Positions 10,952 through 22,045 of a stretch of DNA of 64,000 nucleotides are shown here, one piece after another. A model generated the notes under the pieces. That model had not been told where the DNA came from. It searched no databases and saw only the letters and a list, made by a program, of their open reading frames with translations. A program made the position numbers and the translations under genes. Numbering within the stretch: position 1 is the first letter of the stretch; each line of letters begins with the position of its first letter. Origin of the DNA: Saccostrea cucullata (taxonomy: Eukaryota). The stretch is from positions 1,178,001 to 1,242,000 of the forward strand of contig NW_026920581.1 of NCBI RefSeq assembly GCF_032062105.1. The letters run 5' to 3'.

Positions 10952-13864
10952 AAAAATAAATTGATTTGGTAGCTAAATAAAGCTACCTCAGGTAGGTAAA
11001 TAAAGCTAAGTAGGTAAATAAAGTTACGTAGCTAAATCTAGTCATTGTACCAGACCTCGTAAGAAAAGGAAATAAAATCTCTTTATGTCTGCTAAAAACA
11101 ACATGGTGTTTGAATGAATAACAACGTTTGAATTGCTATTTATATTAAAGTAATATAACATAACATAAAATTCCATGCTTAACAAAAACAAAATTTTAAA
11201 AAATCATGCATACAAACCAAGCAGGTGCTCTATGTCACACTAAACCCTACTTTGTCTATGAAGATCAATGTAACAATAAACGTTCAACTGATTAAGATTC
11301 ATTTTGAATATTATAGTTACCTTCTTTACAGAAGAGTTCCAACAACAAAAGGAAAAACCTCTAACAGACTTACAGAGAAGATTTGGTAAATAATCAGCTT
11401 TCTTTTAACATGACATTGATTTTTATTACAAGATGCAACAGTTTTGTTAAATATGCAATCATGTATTATATATGGAATTAACAAAATTTCTTTCTTAGAC
11501 AATCTTAGTTTATTCTATCAGTGAAGATGTGGTCTGACATCTAATATCTAAGCTCATGTTCTGTTGTCATATTTGAAATCACCTATCAGTCTATAAGTTT
11601 TGAAATTTGCCTGAATGTTTTTAACGTCTTGTGTATTTTTTTGCAAATAAGTTTTTTTTTTATCGAAAAATTGCATTTGCAAACAAGCCTGTTGTTTTTG
11701 ATAACAGAATTTGCAAAATGTTAAATGATTGACTCTAAAAGAAGTTGTTGATATCCTTGTATCACCAACGTAATTGTCAATAGTCTTCCTTTTTTAAAAA
11801 ATATTCTTAAGGTGAACTTGATTTTGCATATTTTTTCAACTGGTAGACAATTAAAAACAGGGAGTAGTGAAAATTGTTGGAAATGGTGTTCCTGATTTGA
11901 TAGTCAATAGTTTTTTTCATCAGATTCTGAAACACTACATACAGGTACACAAACACCAAACTTGCTCAAATTTTTGACCCTGTAGTATATGATATACTAG
12001 GGGTCAAAAATTCAAATGAGTTTTGGTGCCTTTGATACAGGCAAGAGTATATCAGGTGGGATTTCACAATAGAAAACTTAAAGAAAATTGAATGCAATCA
12101 TAATGTTTATCATAAAGAAGAAGGTACAGTTTGGGCTTTATTTAATGTTCTTTAAAAGTTATGAAATTAGCTTTAACAATAATTGAGTAGAAGAATACGA
12201 TAAATCAGTAAAGACTATGGCACGAAGGTCAGCACCATTCTGGAAATATGACGTCAGTAATTTGGTACATTTCTATGTTCAATGCAAAACCTCAGAATGA
12301 CAAATTTCTGTGCTTAATTTCCTTTAGAAAATAGTGCTTGCCACCGTCGCCCACTTCAATTTTTTGGATATACATCGATGTATTATGTAAATTGCAATGA
12401 AAAATCACATATCTCAAAATCTATAGTAGTCTCTCTCCAACACAGGAGTTATGTTTCTTTTGTAACAATTAAGTAGAAAAAGTTACTGACTAGACCAGTG
12501 GCCTGTTGAACAAAATGAATGTTGGCCAAAACTTTCCAAGATTTATTTATCTCCAACGGAAATGTTCTTGAGCATCAGAAATGATTTAGAAACATTTTCT
12601 CAGTTGAACATGCAGGTCTCTGGATTTGAACTTGGAACTTTGAACTCTAGAAGTGTCCTTTACCAACAGCAGGGATGGGGTAATCGTAATCAGCTGTAAT
12701 CGATTACAGTTTGTCAAGTGATCATGAGTAATCAGTAATCATACATTTTTCTGATTACAAGTAATCGTAATTTAATCGATTACTCTGAAAAAAGGCCTGT
12801 AATCATGATTACTTTTTGATTACTTTATGATTACAATTACTAAAACAAAGTTCATAAAATCACGTTTTTTAATGATATTCAGTGAATATTTTCAGTGTAC
12901 CTATTTCTTTATAAGCAAAAGTTATTATAAAATCAGAAACTATATTTAGTTATATCTTCTTCTAATGCTTCCAGAAATGATTTTAATCAGGTCCATTGTC
13001 CAGGCAATGAGTATATAAATTCTATCAGTTCCTAGGTATAATCAGTTGTCAACTAGTCATTTCAAAATACTTGAGCAGCTTGGCCATTTTTACTAAGATA
13101 TATCTATTGAAAGAAAATTACTTTCAATAACAGGATCATTCTAAAGTTTGATTTTTTGGTTTTAATTAGTTAACATGCACTTGATGTAACATTTTCTTTT
13201 CCCTATAAATCCTTGATTTAACTTTTTTAAAAATCAAATGTTCCTTTTTTGCGCCATGTATTCTAGAAATCACCAATGTGTTTGATTTACAGTGTACATA
13301 AAAAGATATGTGTATTAATTTGTTTTAAAAAAAGGTATTAAGTTAGGTCAGCTTGGGTATTAACAATTATTAAACTATACATTCAACTGTTAATGTGATA
13401 AATCTTGTAAAAACATCTATTAATTGGCAGTTAAATTGAAAAAGTTCATTACTTATCACTTAATAATTATCAAGAAAGTCAATTAATTATGTAACAGTTC
13501 TCTATTGAATATCTTTATCCCTAACTATAATTCTGTTCAATTTGATTTATAAATTCCCCTCTCTCTCTCAACAATAACACAGATATCTACTTGCATTAAT
13601 TTGAAGATAGAGATAAAATGATATAATATAAAACTCATGCATCTATATGAAGAAATGGACCACCAAATTTTGTCTAAAATCTACCTTAAAAATTTAAAGG
13701 TCAAGTAGAAAGATATATGAAAATCTAAGTTTTTCTGGTTTAAACACTTCGCAAATATTACCAAAATAAAATGCTGGATTATAATTTGCTTTATTAACAG
13801 CAATAAACCATTTAAACTGGTATTAAATATACACCTGCACCGTAACCAATCTCTTTACAAACAA

Positions 13865-13901
13865 GTTATCTCCCTTCGAGAAAATGACGTCATTCGAGAC
13901 A
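13865..13901 (+). promoter_or_regulatory. Putative promoter module of the transposase (GTTATCTCCC plus CRE-containing 18-mer)
   Basis: ATGACGTCATTCGAGACA at 13884-13901, 65 nt before the ATG; exact inverted copy at 22012-22029. Confidence 0.55.
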
Positions 13902-13966
13902 CTCGCCCAAAGGACGCTGAAGAGGGTAATGAGCGAGAGATAAGTTCTTGTCAATTTTGTGAAAAT

Positions 13967-16900
13967 ATGGTGCAGTGTGCCGCACTTAACTGCACAATAA
14001 AATCTGGCCAGGGAATTAGCCTGTATTTGTTTCCGAAAGATCCCAAATTTAGAAAAATTTGGACTCTCAAATTGAGAAGAGACGGTTTTCATCCTACTCA
14101 ATACAGTAAACTTTGTGAACGACATTTTGACAAAGATCAATTCTCGATAAATCCTGACATTGCAAACAACGTAAAGTTTCAGTTAAAAAACAAGATCTTG
14201 AAATCAGGAGCTGTGCCATCTCTATTCGATTACACGGATCCCAAAGAAAAAAGGCTATCGGTTAAAAGATCAGCTAGCCCCACGTCTCAGCAACATGACA
14301 TTCACAGGCCAGACGTTAGCATGGTTGGTCGTTCCAAGTCAGATGCCCTTGCGAAAATCACCAAAAGAAGGCGCTATAACGTAAGAAAATAATTTTGAAA
14401 ACCACTATTTAAAACATTTTAATATTTTGCAATATAGAAATATGGTTATTTAGGGTGACCGGTGACTTCAATGTTCAAATATTGATAAAACAAGTAGAGG
14501 AAATTCGACCAACATATGCACATCTTCAAAACGTAAACATGGTAACAATGTTAATAGTTTAAGTTAATATTCGGAACTGATTAACAAAATGTTAACGGAC
14601 GGTGGTCAATAATAATTATTTTTGTTTAGGCATATGCATTCCTAGTCATTTATTTTGATCACGAATGTATTTTTATCACAAGAGTGGCGAATCATATCAC
14701 GAATATCTATGTGTATATAAACAAGGTAACGTGTATTTTAACACATATGTTATAACATGTACATGTATAATGCACTGGCGCATTTAGAGGGGCGGCAGAT
14801 TTAAATGGAGGTTCAGCCCCCCCCCCCCCCCCCCAATGTGCAAAATATATCAAATTTTATTTTGGTGTGACAATATGCCCCTTAAAGTATCAAGTTAATC
14901 TGGGTCCTTAGGACATTTATCATTTTAATGATAGAACATTCTATCTACCCTAACCCCAGACTAGTACCCCCTTTTTTTCAAGATTCCTGGATCGGTCACT
15001 GTATAATGCACCAATGTATATTTTTGGATTATTTAATTGCTTGCGCTAAATATAGATGAGTATTGATGCATTGCAGATTTTAGATGCCAGTGATATTGAC
15101 AATGATGAATTACCACAACCACAAGATGATCAAAGATCAGGTGACACAGTCTGTCCAGCAAATTTTAAAGAAACAAACGTTCAACATGTTCAGTGCTATT
15201 CCACAATGTCCCAGACAACATATGATGTAGTTGTAAGTTTACTTAAATGTTTATGGCTGCTCCTTTTAAAAAGGGGAGGTCTGGTTCAAAAGGGGTAAAA
15301 AATTATGATTTGAGTTTTTGATATTTCTTATGATGTGCATGTTATATACATATACATGTACCACATTTACTTAATTTTTCATTATAATCATACCAATATC
15401 TTCATATCAATATAACCAGTAAACCTATTAATGAGAATAACATGACATGATTGATATACTGTACAAGATCAAATGTTTGTTGCACTTCCCCATTCCATTA
15501 ATTTGATTCTTTGGGTTTATTTTAGAAGCGACGCCATGTAAAACTACAAACAGAAATAAACATTTTATCTCCTCCTGATGTGGAAAAGGTTTCTACAGGA
15601 ACTCAGACTGAAGAGAGAATATCTGAATATCTTGACAACAGCTTCCTGACATCCACAGATGAAGGGGATGACAATGACACAGACTCAGACTGGGTTCCGG
15701 AAAGTGAGAATGAGGAGCACGATTCTGAACAAGACATTAACCCTGCTAAGGAAAGAAAGTTTATAGTTTTTGAATCCTGCTTAGATCAATTATTTACATC
15801 TTGCTACAATTGGATGCCAATGTACATTAAGAAAGACTATCATAGGCTCATACATTAGCATTAAGAGTTTATGTGAAAACTGCAGTGCTCAGAAAAAATG
15901 GGAAAGTCAGCCTACATCTAGTGCTATGCCCCTTGGTAATTTAATCATTGCAGGAGCTGTGTTATTTTCTGGGGGCAGTGCTCACAAATTCTTAACATTG
16001 TGTAGACATGCTTCAGTTCAGATGTTCAGCATTGGAACATACATGAAAATTCAGTCATTGTATTTAGTCCCAACTATAGAAGATGTTTGGCAAAGAGAGC
16101 AGTTACATCTCTTTACAGCAGCACAGGAGTCTGGAGAACCTTTGAGGCTGGGTGGAGATGGACGGTGTTGCTCACCTGGCCACACAGCCAAATATCTTTC
16201 ATACACTTTGATGGATCTGAAGACAAACAAAATCCTGGATACACAGCTTGTGCAGGTAATTACAAACTATCAAAACAATGAAAAAATGCTTAATTTGAAA
16301 TTATTATTTTGACATTATGTTTTAAATAGATATTTCTTAATTTTCTTGAAGTAAAATTGAACTATGAGACAGAATTTAATTTTTTTTGTTGTTGCTTTTA
16401 ATGAACCATGCTTATTTTTAATCATAGAAAAATGAAGTTAGAAACTCGTATGCCATGGAGCTGGAGGGTTTACAAAGAGGGCTTGCCAGAATTGCAGATG
16501 AGGATCTACAGATTTCACATTTGGTTACTGACCGCCATTCTCAGATAAAAAAGTACATGCGTGAAACCCATCCAGAAATAATACATTGGTTTGATTGCTG
16601 GCACATTGCTAAAGGTAACTTTCCTTTATAATTATGTATACTCTATACATCTGATCATATGTTAAAAAATTATTTTACAAGTATCTTTGAGTTTTAAAAC
16701 ATACATAAACATGTACCTTGATATAAACATGTATAAAGTAAAAATTCATTTGTAAGCTAACTTGGGCCCTGCCTCAAGATATAAAGTGTACATATAATGA
16801 CAAAACTGTCTGATTTTGATAGTGTATAAAAACTTGTTAAATAATCTGTGTTCAATGTCATGAATAATAATGAATTATATTTCATTGAAAATATTCAAAA

Positions 16901-17230
16901 TATGATAAAATAGTATATTTATGTATTGAAATTAGTGAAAAAATCAATTAATTCTTGTCTCAGGAATTTACAAGAAGTTAGAAGCTGTGAGCAAGAAGAA
17001 AAACTGTGAAATTGTTGGAGATTGGGCAAGGTCCATCAGCAATCACACTTATTGGTGTGCAATGAGTAGTGGCGGAGATGGTGAGTTGGTGTACCAGAAG
17101 TGGTGTTCTATTTTGAATCACGTGTGTAATGTTCATGAGGGGCATGGTGCAGAGTTTCCCAGGTGTGAACATGGAGATCTTGAAGACCGTCTTTGGATTC
17201 GTAGAGGTACACACACATATAAATCTATAC

Positions 17231-17277
<47 letters not shown>

Positions 17278-19551
17278 GAGAGTTATTATAAGTTATTATA
17301 TATATTTTAATATCTAAATATATATATAGTAATTCCTTGTATCCGTTTAAGTTTTTAATACATTTTAAAGTCAAGGGGAATGAATATGATGAAAATCACT
17401 TCGCAGTAAGTGTCAATTCATTATAAACAAGTTTGTTATATGTGTGGTTTACTGCTTAATTAAATACTAGCTTTTCCTGTAAAAGACTGTTGCCCCCCAC
17501 CCTTATTTTAATATTTCCAGCATTAGAACTCCAAAAATACATCCTTTATGACAAGATATCAATGTTTTTAGGTTCCAAAGCTTACGATGAGTTGGAAAAG
17601 GTTGTCAAAGGCCGGCTTCTTTTGACAGATATCAGAAAAATGTCTCCTGCAGAACAGACTTCTGGGCTTGAGGCTTTCCACAAGGTGCTCTGTCATTTTG
17701 CCCCTAAGTTTGTGCACTTCTTCCATGCACAAATGGAAGCACGGTACGTAATTAACTCTAAGGAACTTTGAAAATTGAAAGCTTTATTTTGAGGTGTATT
17801 GCATGAATTACTTAAGCCTTTAATTTACACTAAGGTTTTTTAGCTCACCTGAGCTGAAATTCAAGTGACCTTTTCTGATCACATTTTGTCTATAGCCCGT
17901 CTGTCCAGCTGTCCATCCGTCTGTAAACTTTTCACATTTTTGACTTCTCCAGAACAATTTTTCGACCAAACTTGCCACAAAGGGGAATCAAGTTTGCTCA
18001 AATGAAAGGCCACACCCCTTTTCAAGGGGAGATAATTAAGAAAAAGTGAAAATTTGGTGGCATGTTTCAAAATTCTCTTTTTCAAGAACCACTGAACCAA
18101 GAGTTGAAACATATACATGTATGTGAAACTTTCCTTACGTTGTGTAGACTAAGTTTGTTAAAATGATGAACTCTAGGGGTAAGTTTTACATAGTACTGGT
18201 AATCACTAATGTATAGGAATAAATCTTTAAAAATCTTCTCAAGAACAGCAAAACTATGATTGGTAATGTTGATATGGAATCATCCTCAGGTAGTGAAGAT
18301 TAAGAATATATTGACAGACTGAATAGCTACAGTGCCACCAATTGAAAAAATGTGTATTAAAAGTGCACAAAAAAGTGTGCACAGTTCTGTATTAATTCTT
18401 TCAAATTCTTACCTCAATTGCAAAAAAGCTAGATTTCAAAAAAATTCTTACTCCTCAGTTCTGCAGCTAGATTCAAATTTGTTCAAATCAAAACCCCCAC
18501 AATGAGGGGCCACAATGGAGGATCAAATTTTTACAAAGGAATATATAGGAAAACATGTTTAAAAATCTTATATTCAAGAACATCAAAGCCATTTGTTATA
18601 TTAATGTGGAAGCATCTTTAGGAAGTCTAAAATTTAAGTCCCCCCTCCCCCATTGAACATGTATTTTTTCAATACTAAACTGATTTGTGCTTTTCAGAGC
18701 AAATGTGCTCAAGTGAGTGATGTGGCCCATGGGCCTCTTTTTCTATATGAAAAGTTTCATAAAATTATTTTCAGAATCACTTTTTATAACTTTTTATAGG
18801 TTATATTTAGCCACATTGCATTTTAATGAAAATTCAACCAGGGAGCAGGCAAAAAATCAAGATGGTGATATGATATACAGTGTTTCATACCCAAAGGGAA
18901 GGAAGGGTGAAGGAGTTGCCAAAGAAGTAAAAATTCAACAAACTTTTAGTAAGTGCATGAATATAGTTATATACCTCTTCATTTAAATTCTCAAGCCAAA
19001 AAGTGTTATCCTTGTAAGATACCAGTATTGTATGTTGGCCTTCTACAAATAAGTTTTTAATATAGACTGATACTAGAGGTATTTGAAAGGAAGGTGATTG
19101 CCAAAATTTTAAGCTTCAGTAAACTATCAATAATAAATCATTTTTGAGTGCATCGGAATGTACGGAATAGGTAATGCAGTTTTAATATTAATTACTAAAA
19201 CTCCTTGGTTTGCAAGGAGTATCAAATACCTGTACAGGGTATAATAGGGTTTCTCGATGGAGATAAGATTTAATTTTTCACATGGAAAAATAGGATTCCT
19301 TTTTTATATCTGGTCTTGTAGAAATAATAAATCCTGCATAATGTCCAGTTGCTTGCTTGTTTCAATTGACAGATTATGTGAATGAACTGTTTGAAGACCT
19401 CATCTTCAGGAGAGAAGTCCACAATTCTTATGGAGAGGCGAGAGCAGCCAAAGCAATAAATGAGAAAGAAAGACCGAGACCAATTGCTCAGATGGAAGGA
19501 AGGGCTAGAAAAGAAGACATTGTGGCTACTCATAGATCCAGATTTTATTGA
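13967..19551 (+). CDS. Kolobok transposase: THAP DNA-binding domain, DDE core and H2CH motif (~750 aa if one frameshift is corrected)
   Basis: Exons 13967-14380, 15056-15232, 15526-16255, 16428-16614, 16964-17206, 17572-17743, 18800-18948, 19373-19551, all GT-AG. THAP: C-x4-C...P...W...CERHF...AVPSLF. Core motifs: GGDGRCCSPGHTAKY (D1), LVTDRH (D2), FDCWH, NHVCNVH...CEH, QTSGLEAFH (E), LHFNEN. The frame changes at ~15811 in exon 3. Confidence 0.88.
14773..15001. mobile_element. Small MITE in transposase intron 1
   Basis: cactggcgcatttag...ctggatcggtcactg imperfect TIR, internal poly-C, flanking duplication TATAATG. Confidence 0.6.
17230..17282. repeat. Compound (TA)n(GA)n microsatellite
   Basis: Directly visible in transposase intron 5. 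Confidence 0.9.
17839..18741 (+). mobile_element. Helentron/HINE-like element in transposase intron 6
   Basis: Starts tttagctcacctgagctgaaa, has a gtcc/gtct microsatellite, ends caagtgagtgatgtggcccatgggcctcttt; same family as 35060-36115. Confidence 0.8.
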
Positions 19552-19556
19552 ATAAA
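19544..19556. terminator. Bidirectional poly(A) signal TTTATT-G-AATAAA
   Basis: AATAAA on + at 19551-19556 and on - at 19549-19544, between and overlapping the two convergent stop regions. Confidence 0.6.
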
Positions 19557-19579
19557 TATAATATTTCCAAATTCTATCA

Positions 19580-21957
19580 TTATTCTGGATATTTAAAACC
19601 ACAATAGGTTTGGGAAGGAAAAGTCTGTCTGATTTTGCTGACAACACAAGATGGTAGAATACGTCTATTCTTCTTCCCAAGAATATGATAAACCCACCGA
19701 ACAAATCTTCTGTAGGCAAAATGTCTGTAAAGTCTGAAATATTGCAGAGGATATGCTCAACATAATCCTATATGTGCACTTATTTAGGCCTAAATTAAAA
19801 TGTTTGTTTGCCCTTAGCTGACCGAACTATCGAAATTAACCCGACTCAAAATATTTTATTGCTTTTTTCATTTACAATTTTTTTTTACCGTGGTAGTTGA
19901 ATCATTTCAACCCAGTTTAAAAATGTTCTTTGAGGTCATTTAGATGCTTAATTTAGTAGTGACTAGTTTTACTTATAAATATAATGGACTACCTTTTTTG
20001 TTTATTCAGTGCTTGCAGCCCTTACCTCCTTAGATATTGGTGAGAATATAGGATGTGAAATCGACACATTCTGAGGATTCAATTTTGTTCAAAGAGGGAC
20101 ACTGGTGTTAGGTTGGGGTTAAAACTGGGGATTAAATTTTACATGACGTTTGGACCCACGTTCTTTCAAAGGAATTTAGATGGAATTTTTTTCAAAACAA
20201 CCTTTTGAAGAGCAGCAAGAGGAAAATGACGCAGTCGAGCATTGTGACCCTCATGCTTCTTGTTATAATTTTAAGAAGAGAAAATTAAATATTTCTCCTA
20301 CCTACCTGCCCATTGTTAAAAAAATCTGGGTTGGTAAAGGGCAAACAAACATTTTTTTTTAAATATTCGACTAATCATTTATTACATGTACTTTGGACTG
20401 AAAGTTTTGACAGTAAAAAGGGGGAGAGGTGGCCATATCACTCGGAAGAAAAGGAAAATGATACCTGAACAGGAAAGACAAAATTGTGAGGAAAAGTGGA
20501 CTTTCCATGAGACTGAGTTGATCTTTTTTTTTAATTGTCATTATTTTGTGAATTGTAAAGTAAAATTAAATCCTTGTTTTGATATTTCAACAGGTTTGTC
20601 CCTATTTATTGAAATACCTAGCAGGGAACATTTAGGACAATTACACGCTTAGTTTCGACTTTCAGTAAGCCTGGCATTCTCGACGTTACCTAATTAACTT
20701 CTGAAATTTACACAGCTTCCTTCACTGTTGAAATGTACATATGATAGAAATGCGGCCGAATGTCAACTGGTGTAGTAAATAGCCAATTAAAAGTTCTCTA
20801 ATGGCACAGAGGTGGGGTATAAGTCGTCTCATCGTTGTCAACAACAATTTTAAGTTCCTGATGTTATTAATTTCTTTACCGATGAGAATCTACTAGTATT
20901 CGCTATTACGTAGCGCCGGGAATGCCACGCCCTACTGAAAGTCCAAACTAAGGGGAAAATCATCCTAAAAATAATTTAATAGAAGGTGTAGGTTCTTCCG
21001 CTTACAGCTAGGGGCTTAACTGGATTATAGAGTAACTGAGGATTACATCATTATATGCAGGAAAATTCTCCGGCCCCTGGGTCTTAGGGAAACCCTGTAA
21101 TCAACAATGCTGAAATTCCCTTTGGAAGGAACACCTCCCTCCCTTGACCTGTCTATGAAACTTACTCATGGATGGGTTCTCTTTCATTTTGTCTGCCATT
21201 ATCCTGTATGTATTCATAGTAAGAAGTCTCCAACACATAATGATTTAAACAATTTACGATGAAACCTTCATGCTCAGTAATACATTGGAGAGATTTCTCA
21301 TCGACCTTTCCATTTACTATGTTGGTGTTTCGGCAGCATTTGTTTTCCCTGCTAGTAGGCATTTCCACACAGTTTCCACAATTACACCTGAAGTGAGGGC
21401 ATAATAAATCTCGCATTTGGGTTCTGGTTAAAAAATTGTTAAACACTGTATCATAGAACGTTCAGGCAAACAAATCTGACAAGCAAATAAATAAATAAAT
21501 AAGGAGACATAACTTTAAAATTCCTGTATTGATTGATTGATTTTATGTTATTTAACACCCCTCTCTAAAATTTTCACTCATAAGTCATAAGGAGACGCCA
21601 CCACTGATATCAGTTTTACCTTAAGATGTTTCCTAATATGTACGCCCGGGAGCCTGATGCATGTCATTTTATTTTTGTGGCTAAACGTAATATACATGTA
21701 AAAACACAATAAATTAATTAGGCCTAACCTACATACCAACTCTCGACAGGTTCCCTAGTGACGTCTTCAGAGCTTGTCGGCGATTCCCTTCCCGATTCCG
21801 AGTGCGATTCATGATGATCACTTTCTGACAAACTATTACATGTATTAGTAGAACGATCTTTACCCAAAGGTTCAAACATGTATGGCTGTATATGCAGTGT
21901 CAAATCAACTTCGGGTGTTTCACCGTCACTGTCATTATCTTCCATAAAACGAGCCAT
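19580..21957 (-). CDS. Kolobok accessory protein (KolX-like), homologous to the P2X7 C-terminal ballast domain, 198 aa
   Basis: Exons 21957-21737, 21387-21166, 19733-19580 (597 nt, GT-AG, in phase). Acidic N-terminus with QPYMFEP, then WCNCGNCVEMPTSRENKCC...QCITEHEGF...CLN...LYRHFAYRRFVRWVYHILGKKNRRILPSCVVSKIRQTFPSQTYCGFKYPE*. The last exon is missing from the supplied ORF track, which shows a different frame there. Confidence 0.9.
19797..20356. mobile_element. MITE in KolX intron 2
   Basis: Inverted repeat aaaatgtttgtttgccctt / aagggcaaacaaacatttt. Confidence 0.6.
20648..20952. mobile_element. Second MITE in KolX intron 2
   Basis: ~48-bp imperfect TIR cttagtttcgactttcagtaagcctggcattctcgacg / cgccgggaatgccacgccctactgaaagtccaaactaag. 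Confidence 0.7.
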
Positions 21958-22011
21958 GTCGTAATCGGAGCGTTATGATATATGGTGAGTCGATCTTTGT
22001 TTTGATATTGA

Positions 22012-22045
22012 TGTCTCGAATGACGTCATGAACAGGGGAGGTAAC
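22012..22045 (-). promoter_or_regulatory. Putative promoter module of the KolX-like gene (GTTACCTCCC plus CRE-containing 18-mer)
   Basis: The minus strand reads GTTACCTCCC...ATGACGTCATTCGAGACA, 54 nt before the ATG at 21957. Confidence 0.55.

Larger units (their letters stand above)
9444..11058. mobile_element. MITE with CAGGTC termini and 5-bp TSD (outer element of a nested stack)
   Basis: TIR caggtccagtacaatcactagacttagctacgta versus tacgtagctaaatctagtcattgtaccagacctc; TSD GTAAG at 9439-9443 and 11059-11063. Confidence 0.75.

Noticed and set aside
19270-19719. 149-aa minus-strand ORF in the ORF track
   Set aside because: Wrong frame. The real coding frame here is KolX exon 3 (19733-19580), and the remainder is antisense to transposase exon 8.
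21162-21446. Calling this a P2X7 receptor gene
   Set aside because: No transmembrane or ectodomain exons; only the ballast-like domain is present, inside transposon TIRs.
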